IMG/VR virus record: IMGVR_UViG_3300040801_004188
Reading direction: 5' to 3' (one strand)
Length of the DNA stretch: 41,380 bases
Origin: a virus
A program made the position numbers and the translations under genes. Position 1 is the stretch's first letter. Every line of letters begins with the position of its first letter. A model generated the notes under the pieces. The model saw only the letters and a list, made by a program, of their open reading frames with translations, searched no databases and was not told where the DNA came from. Positions 1-8,393 of the stretch are shown here, piece after piece.

Positions 1-117
1 TCGCGGAACCGATCTTCCTCCGGGGTTCCAGGTTATGTTCGTGCGACGACCAACCCAGACTGTGACTCGTGGGTGAGGAAGTTGATCGACTGGTGGATTG
101 GAGAGGATGGGTTTCCA
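1..117. repeat. 117-bp segment identical to 41264..41380 (end overlap of a circular or terminally redundant genome)
   Basis: Base-by-base comparison of both window ends; both copies lie in frame inside the terL reading frame. Confidence 0.95.
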
Positions 118-978
118 ATTCCAGAGCGGGCCGGTGTAATTCGGTATTTCGTCCGAGTGGATGACACGATCCATTGGGCCGACTCACCGGATGAATTGAC
201 CGCGAAACATGGAAAGCACGTTCGCCCAAAGTCCCTGACCTTCATTCCATCCAAACTGGAAGATAATAAGATCCTGATGGAGAAAGACCCTGCCTATCTC
301 GCTAACCTCATGGCGTTGCCCAGAGTGGAAAGGCAGCGACTCCTTGGAGGGAACTGGAACGTTCGTGCTGCTGCGGGGATGTACTTCAAGCGTGAGAATA
401 TGCCATTGGTTGACGTGTTGCCTGGGGGCTGGACCAAGGTTTGTCGGTATTGGGACAAAGCTGCAACGAAGCCCAATGAGAACAACCCGGACCCTGATTG
501 GACTCGCGGACTAAAAATGTACGCTTATCCTGATGGCACTTACGTAGTTGCTGGTTTATCGAGCGACCGAAACACTCCGGCTGAAATTGAAAAACTAATT
601 AAGAACACAGCGTCACACGATACTGCGGCTGTGCCGATTTATGTTGAGCAAGAGCCCGGATCAGCTGGTGTGGCTGATGCCCAAAATATGGTTAGACTTC
701 TTTCAGGGTACGACGTTAGGATCAGGAAACCGACAAAGAATAAAGTAACTCGTGCTTTGCCGGTTTCAGCTCAAGCAGAGGTTGGCAACATAAAGGTACT
801 TCGGGCACCATGGAATGATGAGTTTTTCACCGAGCTGGAAAACTTTCCTCCAGAGTCCACGAAACCCTTCAGGGTCAAGTCGGATGAGGAGAGTCTTGGA
901 CACGACGACATTGTTGACGCATTATCGGGCGCGTTCAATGAGTTGTGTGAGGACAAGTCAATTTTGGATGTTCTTTAA
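1..978 (+). CDS. terL: Terminase large subunit, C-terminal (nuclease) part; continues from 40796..41380
   Basis: Frame 1 is open from base 1 (SRNRSSSGVPGYVRATTNPDCDSW...). The same residues end the open frame at 41264..41380. The listed GTG at 73 is internal. The joined product is about 481 aa. Confidence 0.9.
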   Translation, partial: SRNRSSSGVPGYVRATTNPDCDSWVRKLIDWWIGEDGFPIPERAGVIRYFVRVDDTIHWADSPDELTAKHGKHVRPKSLTFIPSKLEDNKILMEKDPAYLANLMALPRVERQRLLGGNWNVRAAAGMYFKRENMPLVDVLPGGWTKVCRYWDKAATKPNENNPDPDWTRGLKMYAYPDGTYVVAGLSSDRNTPAEIEKLIKNTASHDTAAVPIYVEQEPGSAGVADAQNMVRLLSGYDVRIRKPTKNKVTRALPVSAQAEVGNIKVLRAPWNDEFFTELENFPPESTKPFRVKSDEESLGHDDIVDALSGAFNELCEDKSILDVL

Positions 979-991
979 AGGAGATTAAAAA

Positions 992-2920
992 ATGGGCAGA
1001 AAAGGTAATTACAAAAACCATTCAGGGCAGAATAGGAGTCAGCAAGCAGAGCAGGACGCCCTCAATGAGGCGGTGAGAAACTCACCTATTGAAATTCAGC
1101 GGGAACACGCTTTTGGCATACAGAACGGATTGAGCGAGGCCCTGGGTTTTAATTTCCTTCAGGAAGCTGTGCAGCTCTCTCAGGCCACGACCATGTTTAA
1201 GAATGCACGTTGGTATTTGGTCTCCAATATGAGGCAGCTCTTGTCCCAAATTTATGTAGAGTTCGGTTTGGTTTCCACAGTTGTGGATATTCCCGTGGAA
1301 GACGGTTTTAGGGGCGGAATTGATATTCAGACCGATGAGTTGGAAGAGAAGGACATCATTCGGCTTAAAAAAGTCATGGAGCGAAACGACGACCTTGGAG
1401 AAGCAAAGCAGGCCACTAAATGGAAGCGTCTCTATGGTGGAGGTGCCGTTCTCATTATTACCGACTCTCCGGCCCACAAACCCTTGGACATTAAAACTCT
1501 CAAGGAAGACAGTCTGATCGAGTTTAAAGCGATTGATATGTGGGAACTTTATGGGGAGCAGATGAACATCCCCGAAACTGATGCCAATGGTTTGAGCGAT
1601 ACACTTCGGTACGAGCAGCAGGAGTTCTTTACTTACTACGGTCGAAAAGTGCATAGGTCACGAGTCATTATTCTTAAAGGTAAAGAGCCACCATCTTTTA
1701 TCCGCCCTCGCCTGCGCGGGTGGGGCTTTTCCGTAGTCGAGGCTTTAGTCCGGTCCATCAACCAATATCTCAAGGCCACGGACCTATCTTTTGAGGTACT
1801 TGATGAGTTTAAGTTGGATATCTTTAAAATCAAAAACCTGACCAACACTCTACTGGACTCTCAGGGCACACAACGGGTTCGGCAGCGTGTGGACCTTGCC
1901 AACAAAAACAAAAATTATCTTAACTCAATAGTGATGGACGCCGACGATGACTACATTCAGAAGCAGCTGTCCTTTGCTGGACTGTCGGACGTAATGGCTG
2001 GTATTCGAATGCAGGTGGCGTCTGATATGCGGATGCCCATGACGAAGCTCTTCGGCGTGTCTTCTGCGGGCTTTAATTCAGGTGAAGACGACATAGAAAA
2101 TTACAACGCTATGATCGAGTCGGATGTGCGGGCGACGATCAAGTGGGACCTCATGCGAATGGTCGAACTGCGCTGTCAACAACTCTTCGGTTTTGTGCCC
2201 GACGATCTGACCATCACTTTCGAGCCCCTTCGAGTGATGAGTTCGGAACAAGAAGAGACTGTCAAAACCTCAAAGTTTAACCGTTTGCTGGCGGCCCGAC
2301 AGGCTGGAGAAATCAGCTCTAAAGAGTTTAAGGAAGCCGTGAACCGCGACGACCTGTTGCCAATCCGATTGGAGATCACCGAGGACGACCTGTCCTTGGA
2401 AGAGGAGTTTGCTGAAGAAGAGGATGTTGCGGCCCCTGGCGGCGCTCCGGCGTCCACCCTGTCTGCGCCTGAATCGCCTGCGGCTAAAAACCAGGGCGTC
2501 CGTCAAATAGCTGTGATGGGTCTAATCTCCCAGGGTTACATCTTGACCGGAAAACGGAAAGACAATGGTCTGTGGGCTTTTCCGGGTGGTCACATTGACG
2601 CCGGGGAAACCCCTGTTCTAGCGGCTTGCCGAGAGTGCTTCGAGGAAACGGGTATTGAGCCTCCAATCCTGCAAGTGCAGCAGCTCAAGCCCGAAACCTT
2701 CACTTCTCATCGCGCTGATGGGGTCCAGTTCACGGTCCACCCATTTATCTGTGAATTATCCGAGCGAGAAATGGCGCGCACTACGGTGGACCCGGACTCC
2801 GAGTTTTCAGTCCTTCGATGGGTGGAGATCAATCCAGAGACTCCTGAGTTGAAGCCGGAAAGCCGCCACGCATTCCGTGACCTAATTTGTGAACACTTTT
2901 TTGGAGGTAACAATGATTAA
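992..2920 (+). CDS. Portal protein with a C-terminal Nudix hydrolase domain
   Basis: 642 aa directly after terL, with RBS AAAGGAG. Size and position fit a portal. After an acidic, Pro/Ala-rich linker, residues about 503-642 carry an exact Nudix box, GHIDAGETPVLAACRECFEETGI (2588..2656). Confidence 0.85.
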   Translation: MGRKGNYKNHSGQNRSQQAEQDALNEAVRNSPIEIQREHAFGIQNGLSEALGFNFLQEAVQLSQATTMFKNARWYLVSNMRQLLSQIYVEFGLVSTVVDIPVEDGFRGGIDIQTDELEEKDIIRLKKVMERNDDLGEAKQATKWKRLYGGGAVLIITDSPAHKPLDIKTLKEDSLIEFKAIDMWELYGEQMNIPETDANGLSDTLRYEQQEFFTYYGRKVHRSRVIILKGKEPPSFIRPRLRGWGFSVVEALVRSINQYLKATDLSFEVLDEFKLDIFKIKNLTNTLLDSQGTQRVRQRVDLANKNKNYLNSIVMDADDDYIQKQLSFAGLSDVMAGIRMQVASDMRMPMTKLFGVSSAGFNSGEDDIENYNAMIESDVRATIKWDLMRMVELRCQQLFGFVPDDLTITFEPLRVMSSEQEETVKTSKFNRLLAARQAGEISSKEFKEAVNRDDLLPIRLEITEDDLSLEEEFAEEEDVAAPGGAPASTLSAPESPAAKNQGVRQIAVMGLISQGYILTGKRKDNGLWAFPGGHIDAGETPVLAACRECFEETGIEPPILQVQQLKPETFTSHRADGVQFTVHPFICELSEREMARTTVDPDSEFSVLRWVEINPETPELKPESRHAFRDLICEHFFGGNND

Positions 2921-3125
2921 TTGGTATCCGGGAGTAACGCTGAGGGAGCTTGAAAAGGAAGCAATTCAAAAGGCCCTTCAGTTCTATCGCTGGAACAAAA
3001 CCGCAACTGCCCAGAGCTTGGGCATCTCGGTCCGTACCATCGACAATAAAATTGCAAAGTACGAGATTAAGAACCCAGACGAAAAACCCAAAACAGAGGA
3101 TCTTACCAATGGGATACACGCCTAA
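2913..3125 (+). CDS. Fis/NtrC-type helix-turn-helix DNA-binding protein (70 aa)
   Basis: ATG at 2913 follows GGAGG and overlaps the portal stop. LRELEKEAIQKALQFYRWNKTATAQSLGISVRTIDNKIAKY matches the Fis-type HTH pattern. Confidence 0.7.
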   Translation: MINWYPGVTLRELEKEAIQKALQFYRWNKTATAQSLGISVRTIDNKIAKYEIKNPDEKPKTEDLTNGIHA

Positions 3126-3324
3126 ACCTGGTTTTCGTTGGAATCCGATGTTGAGCTACCCGCGCAATGCGGGCTGCCCATGTGGGTCTGGCTTGAAGTT
3201 CAAGAAGTGCCACAAAGACAAAGTCCCGCCGGTCATTCCAACCCCAGAAAAGTTAAAAGAGGAAGCTGCCAAACTACGCGCAAAGGAGGCCCAGAATGAG
3301 GAAGCCAAGTCAATGGCAACATGA
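3109..3324 (+). CDS. Small SEC-C metal-binding motif protein (71 aa)
   Basis: Internal ATG at 3109 after AGAGGA. CPCGSGLKFKKCH matches the SecA C-terminal zinc motif. The listed start at 2950 would overlap the HTH gene. Confidence 0.7.
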   Translation: MGYTPKPGFRWNPMLSYPRNAGCPCGSGLKFKKCHKDKVPPVIPTPEKLKEEAAKLRAKEAQNEEAKSMAT

Positions 3325-3487
3325 GTCCAAATACAAAACCCGAACCTATGTAGGGAAATACTCTCGGACGGAGCACGGCGAGCGGATTTTCGAGCTACAC
3401 TTTAAGTTACGAAACGGCAAGGTCCACCGGATCAGTTTCGAGTCACACGAAAAGGCTAAGGCTGCGGGATGGAAAAAGGTAAAATAA
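3296..3487 (+). CDS. Hypothetical protein (63 aa)
   Basis: ATG preceded by AGGAGG at a 6-nt spacing. No motif recognised. Confidence 0.55.
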   Translation: MRKPSQWQHESKYKTRTYVGKYSRTEHGERIFELHFKLRNGKVHRISFESHEKAKAAGWKKVK

Positions 3488-3621
3488 AGATCGGAATTTC
3501 ACACCGGTCTTATACTCAGAAAAAGAAAGAGAAACCAGAGCCACCCGCCCGCGGGAACGCCCGGAAGATGGAACGTGCCAAGAAGTACGAAGAGAAAAAG
3601 GGCCATGGGAGGCGAAGATGA
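3469..3621 (+). CDS. Possible unlisted 50-aa highly basic protein
   Basis: Hand translation gives MEKGKIKIGISHRSYTQKKKEKPEPPARGNARKMERAKKYEEKKGHGRRR. It fills an otherwise empty 130-bp gap. Its TGA overlaps the next ATG (ATGA at 3618). It is below the ORF-track size cut-off. Confidence 0.3.
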   Translation: MEKGKIKIGISHRSYTQKKKEKPEPPARGNARKMERAKKYEEKKGHGRRR

Positions 3622-3860
3622 ATGTTTTTGTATTGTGCTTTGTGGATGCGAGAAACAAGGTTTGGTTTCTTGAAAAGAGGGGCGATCTGTTTCGATTGAC
3701 CAATGAGCTTGAGGACGCCCTCGGGTTTTACACTCGGGATAAAGCGGAGCGACTTCTTCAGGACCTTTTGGAGCACAACGAAGAGTACAACAATTTTTTC
3801 AGCAAGCTCGAAGTGAAGGATTTTTTCTACTATGAAAACAAAACAGCTCTCACCCATTGA
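3618..3860 (+). CDS. Hypothetical protein (80 aa)
   Basis: ORF in the operon context; no motif recognised. Confidence 0.6.
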   Translation: MNVFVLCFVDARNKVWFLEKRGDLFRLTNELEDALGFYTRDKAERLLQDLLEHNEEYNNFFSKLEVKDFFYYENKTALTH

Positions 3861-4791
3861 GGACGATAAAGAAGGTCAGGACCGGATTGAAAAGCTGATG
3901 AAGCGAATCTGGAGACAGCGAATCTACCTGCCTCTTTTGCGACAGCTCCGAAGGAAACAGACGTCTGTGGCGAATTCCAACGATCCAGTCTACGACGCTT
4001 TAGCTTCGGGTCGCATCAGGTTTGACAGGGGCAAGGTCACTGGGAGATTCAACGCCTCCATATCCAAGCGTCTTCGGGAGTTGGGCGGCCAATATGACCG
4101 CGCCTTAAAGGCCTATCGGTTACCGAAAGCAGCCCTGACAACGGACATGAAAAGTGCAATCGCCCTGTCCGAGACAAACTTTTTAAAGACCATGCAGGCC
4201 ATGGACCGAGAACTTAGTAAAATGTTGCCGGAAGAAATTGCCGGGTCCATGAAGTTTGAGAAGATTTTTGACACTACGCTTTTTAAGGTAAACAAGGATA
4301 TTGAGGACAAGATGAAGGGCTTGATTGTGGGCCCGAAATTGACAAAAGAAGGGCGAGCAAGATTTGCCGAGGAGTACACGACCAACCTCCAGAGGTACAT
4401 TAAGGATTTCACGGAAAAAGAAGTGTTAAAGTTGCGAAAGACAGTGCAGAAGCACGTTTCCGAGGGTGGCCGGTATGAGGATCTGGTCAAGTCCATCGAA
4501 AAAAGTTATGGGGTCACGACAAATAAGGCTAAATTTCTGGCGCGGCAAGAAACCAATTTGATGACCTCGGCCTTTAAGAAAACCCGGCTGACGGATTACG
4601 GGGTCAATGAATATCGGTGGTCCACGGTGGCGGGGTCAGCTAGCCATCCGGTTAGGCCCATGCACAAAAGACTGGACGGAAAAACTTTTTCTTGGGATGC
4701 TCCCCCTATAACCGATGATAAGGGCAATCGGAATCATCCTGGAGAAGATTACAATTGTCGGTGTAAAGCGATCCCCATTGTGAGGTTTTAG
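3832..4791 (+). CDS. Minor head / head morphogenesis protein (Mu F / SPP1 gp7-like)
   Basis: The C-terminal HPVRPMHKRLDGKTF...NHPGEDYNCRCKAIPIV is the typical MuF-family signature. It sits downstream of the portal. Confidence 0.85.
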   Translation: MKTKQLSPIEDDKEGQDRIEKLMKRIWRQRIYLPLLRQLRRKQTSVANSNDPVYDALASGRIRFDRGKVTGRFNASISKRLRELGGQYDRALKAYRLPKAALTTDMKSAIALSETNFLKTMQAMDRELSKMLPEEIAGSMKFEKIFDTTLFKVNKDIEDKMKGLIVGPKLTKEGRARFAEEYTTNLQRYIKDFTEKEVLKLRKTVQKHVSEGGRYEDLVKSIEKSYGVTTNKAKFLARQETNLMTSAFKKTRLTDYGVNEYRWSTVAGSASHPVRPMHKRLDGKTFSWDAPPITDDKGNRNHPGEDYNCRCKAIPIVRF

Positions 4792-5867
4792 TGATTAAGA
4801 AGATGCTCAATGAAATTCAAAAGACCCTGAATGGTAAGCCGAGGGTTTACTACGGTCTGCATTTCGCCGAGGGTGTCGCCGAATATAGCGATGACCAAGG
4901 AGAGTATCGGATTTTTGTTAGCAATCAGACTGCTAAAAAGATGAACCAGACTTTCGCGGGTTGCCATCTGTATGTAAACCATGTCAATGAAGTTGATTAC
5001 GATAACCCTAATCCCGACCAAAAGCCTGACGGGTACGTGGTCGAGTCGTTTTTTAATCAAGCCGATGGCAAGCATTGGGCCAAGTTTATCGTAACGTCTG
5101 AAGCCGGTGAGGAAGCCATTCGCAAGGGGTGGACCCTTTCAAACGCCTATTACATCAAAAAGTTTGGTGAGGGTGGTCGTTGGCACAATGTTGAATATCG
5201 AAATGAAGTTCTCGAAGGTGAGTTCTACCATCTCTCGCTCGTCCCAAATCCACGTTACGAGTATTCTGTGGTATTGACCCCGGAAGAATTTAAGGAATAC
5301 AATGCCCGTCAAGAGGCAGAACTTTACAATATAGCCAATTCTAAAGGAGAAGAATCCATGCTTAATCTTTTTAAGAAAACGAAAGTCGACAATTCTAAAG
5401 AACTCGCCGAGACAATGGTCACTTTGCCTAAATCCAAGGTGGACATGACTTTGGAAGACTGCGCCCGTTTGGCCGATCAGGTAACAAATGAAAAGGACGA
5501 GCCTAAAAAGTGCAACATGGAAGATCTCGTTGAGGTTAACGGCGAAGAAATGACCGTTAAGGAATTGGTGTCCGCTTACAACAAGTCCAAGAAAAATGAA
5601 GAGGACGAGGCCAAAAAGAAAGAGCAGGCCAAGAATGAAGAGGACGAGGAAGAAGCGGAAAATAAAAAGAACGAGGAAGACGAAGAAGCCGAAAACAAAA
5701 AAAACAAAGAGGACGAAGAAAAACAAAACGCCCTCGAAGCCCAAAGAAAAAAGGCTGAGTTCGAGGCTTTGAAAAACGCTCACCTCGATCAGACAAGCGT
5801 TGTGCGAATCGAAACTGGAGCTGACATGATTGCGCGCGGAAAAGCTCGCTACGGTTCTGGACGGTAA
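4791..5867 (+). CDS. Putative prohead protease/scaffolding protein (DUF2213-like) with an E/K-rich C-terminal region
   Basis: Lies between the MuF-like and capsid genes. HLSLVPNPRYE resembles DUF2213. The coiled-coil-like charged tail includes EEDEEEAENKKNEEDEEAENKKNKEDEE. The start is GTG 4791 or ATG 4803. Confidence 0.6.
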   Translation: MIKKMLNEIQKTLNGKPRVYYGLHFAEGVAEYSDDQGEYRIFVSNQTAKKMNQTFAGCHLYVNHVNEVDYDNPNPDQKPDGYVVESFFNQADGKHWAKFIVTSEAGEEAIRKGWTLSNAYYIKKFGEGGRWHNVEYRNEVLEGEFYHLSLVPNPRYEYSVVLTPEEFKEYNARQEAELYNIANSKGEESMLNLFKKTKVDNSKELAETMVTLPKSKVDMTLEDCARLADQVTNEKDEPKKCNMEDLVEVNGEEMTVKELVSAYNKSKKNEEDEAKKKEQAKNEEDEEEAENKKNEEDEEAENKKNKEDEEKQNALEAQRKKAEFEALKNAHLDQTSVVRIETGADMIARGKARYGSGR

Positions 5868-5895
5868 AACAGGAAACTTTTAAAAGGAGAAATCA

Positions 5896-6369
5896 ATGTC
5901 TTTAAATCCAAACCAATTTGAACAAAGTGTCGTTAAGGGTCAGCTCGACCTTAAAATGCAACCCTCTGTTATCTCTTGCCAGGTCAAGAGTGATGAATCA
6001 ACTCCATTAGTTCCCGGCCAAGCCGTACTGATGGTGGATTCCGCCGGGGGCGTTCCGAAGGTGACTGCGGCCACCACGGATGAAGAGGACATTTTTGGTT
6101 TCGTGGTTCGCAACAACAAGCAAGCCTCTTTTGCCGCTGGTGAAGCCGTGGAAATCGCAATGGGCCGTGGTTGCGTAATGTATATGGAAGCTGGAGCCGC
6201 TATTGCTCGCAATGCCCAAGTGCAGATTGTGATCACTGGTCAAAAAGTAATCACTGCTGCTGTGGGTGATCACCGCATTGTTGGTCGGGCTTTAGATAAG
6301 GCAGCGGCAAATACCGACCTTATTCGTGTGTGGATTGATTTACCGGGCGCTCAAACCGCTTCGGCTTAA
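5896..6369 (+). CDS. Putative head decoration/cement protein (DUF2190-like)
   Basis: 157 aa immediately upstream of the major capsid gene, with a strong RBS (AAGGAG). Composition is Gly/Ala/Val-rich and beta-like. Confidence 0.5.
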   Translation: MSLNPNQFEQSVVKGQLDLKMQPSVISCQVKSDESTPLVPGQAVLMVDSAGGVPKVTAATTDEEDIFGFVVRNNKQASFAAGEAVEIAMGRGCVMYMEAGAAIARNAQVQIVITGQKVITAAVGDHRIVGRALDKAAANTDLIRVWIDLPGAQTASA

Positions 6370-6395
6370 GGCTTAACTTTTAAAGGGAGTTTTCA

Positions 6396-7436
6396 ATGGG
6401 AAAGAAGTACGAAATTTTAAATGACAAAGGCGAGCCGATCGTATTGAACCAGTACGAGCAGAAGCGCGCTCAAATTAACCAGCGATTGATGAACGATCTC
6501 GGTTACGACATCGACATCACCGCTCTTACCACCATCATGAAAAAGGTGACTTCGCAGAAATTCTACGAAATCGCCCCGGCGGATTACCTGCCTGTTCGTG
6601 TCGGTGAAGGCGCTTGGAGCCAGCAGCTTACCACGTATCGTTCATTTGCGGTCGGTGATGATTTCTCCACTGGTATTGTGAATACAGGTGCTGGAGACTC
6701 CCGTTTAGCTGTGGCTGATGCTGGAGTGGACAGCCTGTCTGTGCCTGTGTTCAATTGGGCAAAAAGCATTGGTTGGACCATCATGGACCTGGAGCAAGCT
6801 TCCAAAGCCGGAAACTGGGATTTGGTTACCGCCAAGGAAAAATCCAGAAAGCAAAACTGGGACCTCGGTATCCAGCGCGTGGCTTTCCTCGGCTTGGCAG
6901 GAAGCGCCAGTGTCAAGGGTCTCCTCAATCAGAGTGGTGTTACAAACAATACCTCTCGCATCACCAAGTACATCAAGGACATGACTCCAGCGGAGATCAC
7001 CACGTTCCTTGGCGGGTTGCTGGGTGACTATCGTACAAATTGTGCTCGCACAGCTTGGCCGACCCACTTCATCATTCCCGAAACCGATTACCTCGGTTTG
7101 GCTACACCTCCCGATTCAACTTACCCACTGAAAACAAAGTTGGAGTTGATTCAGGATGCCATGCGCGTGATGACCAAAAACCCCAACTTCCAGGTGTTGC
7201 CTCTAGCATATTGCGATGCGGGTGCGGATGGGGTTGATCCCGACGATGCTTACTACGTTCTTTTGAACTACGAGGAAGAGTCGCTTCGCATGGACATTCC
7301 CGTGGACTACACCTCTACAATGGCGAACAGCTTTAACAGCTTCAATTTCACCAACGTAGGGTACGGTCAGTTCACTGGAGCCCTTGCTTACCGCCCCAAG
7401 GAGTTGATGTACTTTTCTTGGGACACCAACGCCTAA
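6396..7436 (+). CDS. Major capsid protein
   Basis: 346 aa, RBS AAGGGAG. Position follows scaffold and decoration genes and is followed by a hairpin. From memory it resembles the DUF2184-type capsid family. Confidence 0.8.
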   Translation: MGKKYEILNDKGEPIVLNQYEQKRAQINQRLMNDLGYDIDITALTTIMKKVTSQKFYEIAPADYLPVRVGEGAWSQQLTTYRSFAVGDDFSTGIVNTGAGDSRLAVADAGVDSLSVPVFNWAKSIGWTIMDLEQASKAGNWDLVTAKEKSRKQNWDLGIQRVAFLGLAGSASVKGLLNQSGVTNNTSRITKYIKDMTPAEITTFLGGLLGDYRTNCARTAWPTHFIIPETDYLGLATPPDSTYPLKTKLELIQDAMRVMTKNPNFQVLPLAYCDAGADGVDPDDAYYVLLNYEEESLRMDIPVDYTSTMANSFNSFNFTNVGYGQFTGALAYRPKELMYFSWDTNA

Positions 7437-7471
7437 TCATTAGTTCGGGAGTAACATTTTACTCTTTTGCG

Positions 7472-7494
7472 GGGCCATCTTTGCATGGCCCTTT
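7472..7494 (+). terminator. Weak hairpin/attenuator after the capsid gene
   Basis: GGGCCAT-cttgc-like loop-ATGGCCC: 7-bp stem, 6-nt loop, followed by only TTT. Confidence 0.3.
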
Positions 7495-7509
7495 GACTAT
7501 GGAGGACCA

Positions 7510-7941
7510 ATGAGCTTTACAAACCCGACGATTGCAGACTTCAAAGCCTACTTCGTGCGTGACTTCAACTACGGAGCTACCACGGACTTGGTAATGGATT
7601 CGGATTTGACCAAAGCCTTGGATAAAGCGGCCGCTTATATTGCCTCCGACTGTTTTCCGACTCAAGATCAATACACCATCGGGTTTTATTACCTGATGGC
7701 TCATTTCTTGGTGTCGTCCTTGCAAACCGGCTCTCAGGGCGCCACAGGCCAAGGTCGATGGTTGGTAAACAGTCATTCTGTCGGGTCCGTCAGTGAGGGA
7801 TTTTCCATCCCAGACGATGTTTTAAAGAACCCCTACCTGTCTCTGATCTCCAAAACCAGCTACGGCCAGGAATACCTCATGCTGATCTACCCCAAATTAA
7901 CAGGGCAGATGTGGTACGCGGAGGGGGCGACCCGCCCATGA
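7510..7941 (+). CDS. Head-tail connector/adaptor protein (DUF4054-like)
   Basis: 143 aa after the capsid gene, RBS GGAGG. The N-terminal PTIADFKAYFVRDF pattern resembles DUF4054. Confidence 0.55.
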   Translation: MSFTNPTIADFKAYFVRDFNYGATTDLVMDSDLTKALDKAAAYIASDCFPTQDQYTIGFYYLMAHFLVSSLQTGSQGATGQGRWLVNSHSVGSVSEGFSIPDDVLKNPYLSLISKTSYGQEYLMLIYPKLTGQMWYAEGATRP

Positions 7942-8393
7942 GCATTGAGATCAAGTACGATAACAACATTCTGAAGGCGCTAGAGAAAGCTCTCAAGCGT
8001 ATTCCATCTGTAAAGGTCGGGGTTCTTCAGCAGAATAATTCCCGTGAAGACGGAAAGACGAATGCTGAAATTGGAGCCTATCACGAGTACGGAACTAAAG
8101 ACCTGCCCATTCGGTCGTTCTTGCGAATGCCGTTAATGAACCACTTCAATCAATACCTGCAAAACGCCGGGGCCTTGGATGAGGAGGCTCTGAAAAAAAT
8201 TGTGGACGAAAAGTCAGCACTCCAGTTTGTCGCTAAAATGGGCTTTGTGGCTGAGGAAGTTGTAGATGATGCCTTCAATACTGGCGGTTTTGGTGAATGG
8301 CCGAGTTCGGATATGCGGTACAAAAAGAACAAGCAGACGCTGATCGAGACACGTCAGCTTCAGCGTTCCATTGCCTCGGAGGTGGTTGAATGA
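7938..8393 (+). CDS. Head-tail joining protein (HK97 gp10-like)
   Basis: ATGA overlap with the upstream stop. The C-terminal LIETRQLQRSIASEVV resembles the gp10-family TG-L-SI motif. Confidence 0.5.
   Translation: MSIEIKYDNNILKALEKALKRIPSVKVGVLQQNNSREDGKTNAEIGAYHEYGTKDLPIRSFLRMPLMNHFNQYLQNAGALDEEALKKIVDEKSALQFVAKMGFVAEEVVDDAFNTGGFGEWPSSDMRYKKNKQTLIETRQLQRSIASEVVE

Noticed and set aside
1082-1654. 190-aa minus-strand ORF inside the portal gene, and similar antisense ORFs at 10160..10672, 12581..12961, 28306..28788 and 26911..27309
   Set aside because: All lie fully inside longer, motif-supported genes on the other strand. They lack ribosome-binding sites and have no recognisable motifs.
2950-3108. 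Listed N-terminal extensions of several ORFs (2950, 36907, 37866, 38579, 32340, 32998, 7911, 29145)
   Set aside because: In each case an internal ATG or GTG has a proper Shine-Dalgarno sequence and/or an ATGA/TGATG junction with the upstream stop. The extension would also overlap the preceding gene extensively.
5560-5720. Repetitive GAAGA/AAAAA-rich DNA (EEDEEEAENKKNEEDEEAENKKNKEDEE)
   Set aside because: This is low-complexity coding sequence typical of scaffolding-protein charged regions. It is not a CRISPR array, a mobile element or a regulatory repeat.
5139-5783. 214-aa and 79-aa minus-strand ORFs opposite the scaffold gene
   Set aside because: Their Phe/Leu-rich translation is simply the antisense of the GAA/GAG/AAA-rich E/K region. 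They have no RBS and are embedded in a tightly coupled plus-strand operon.
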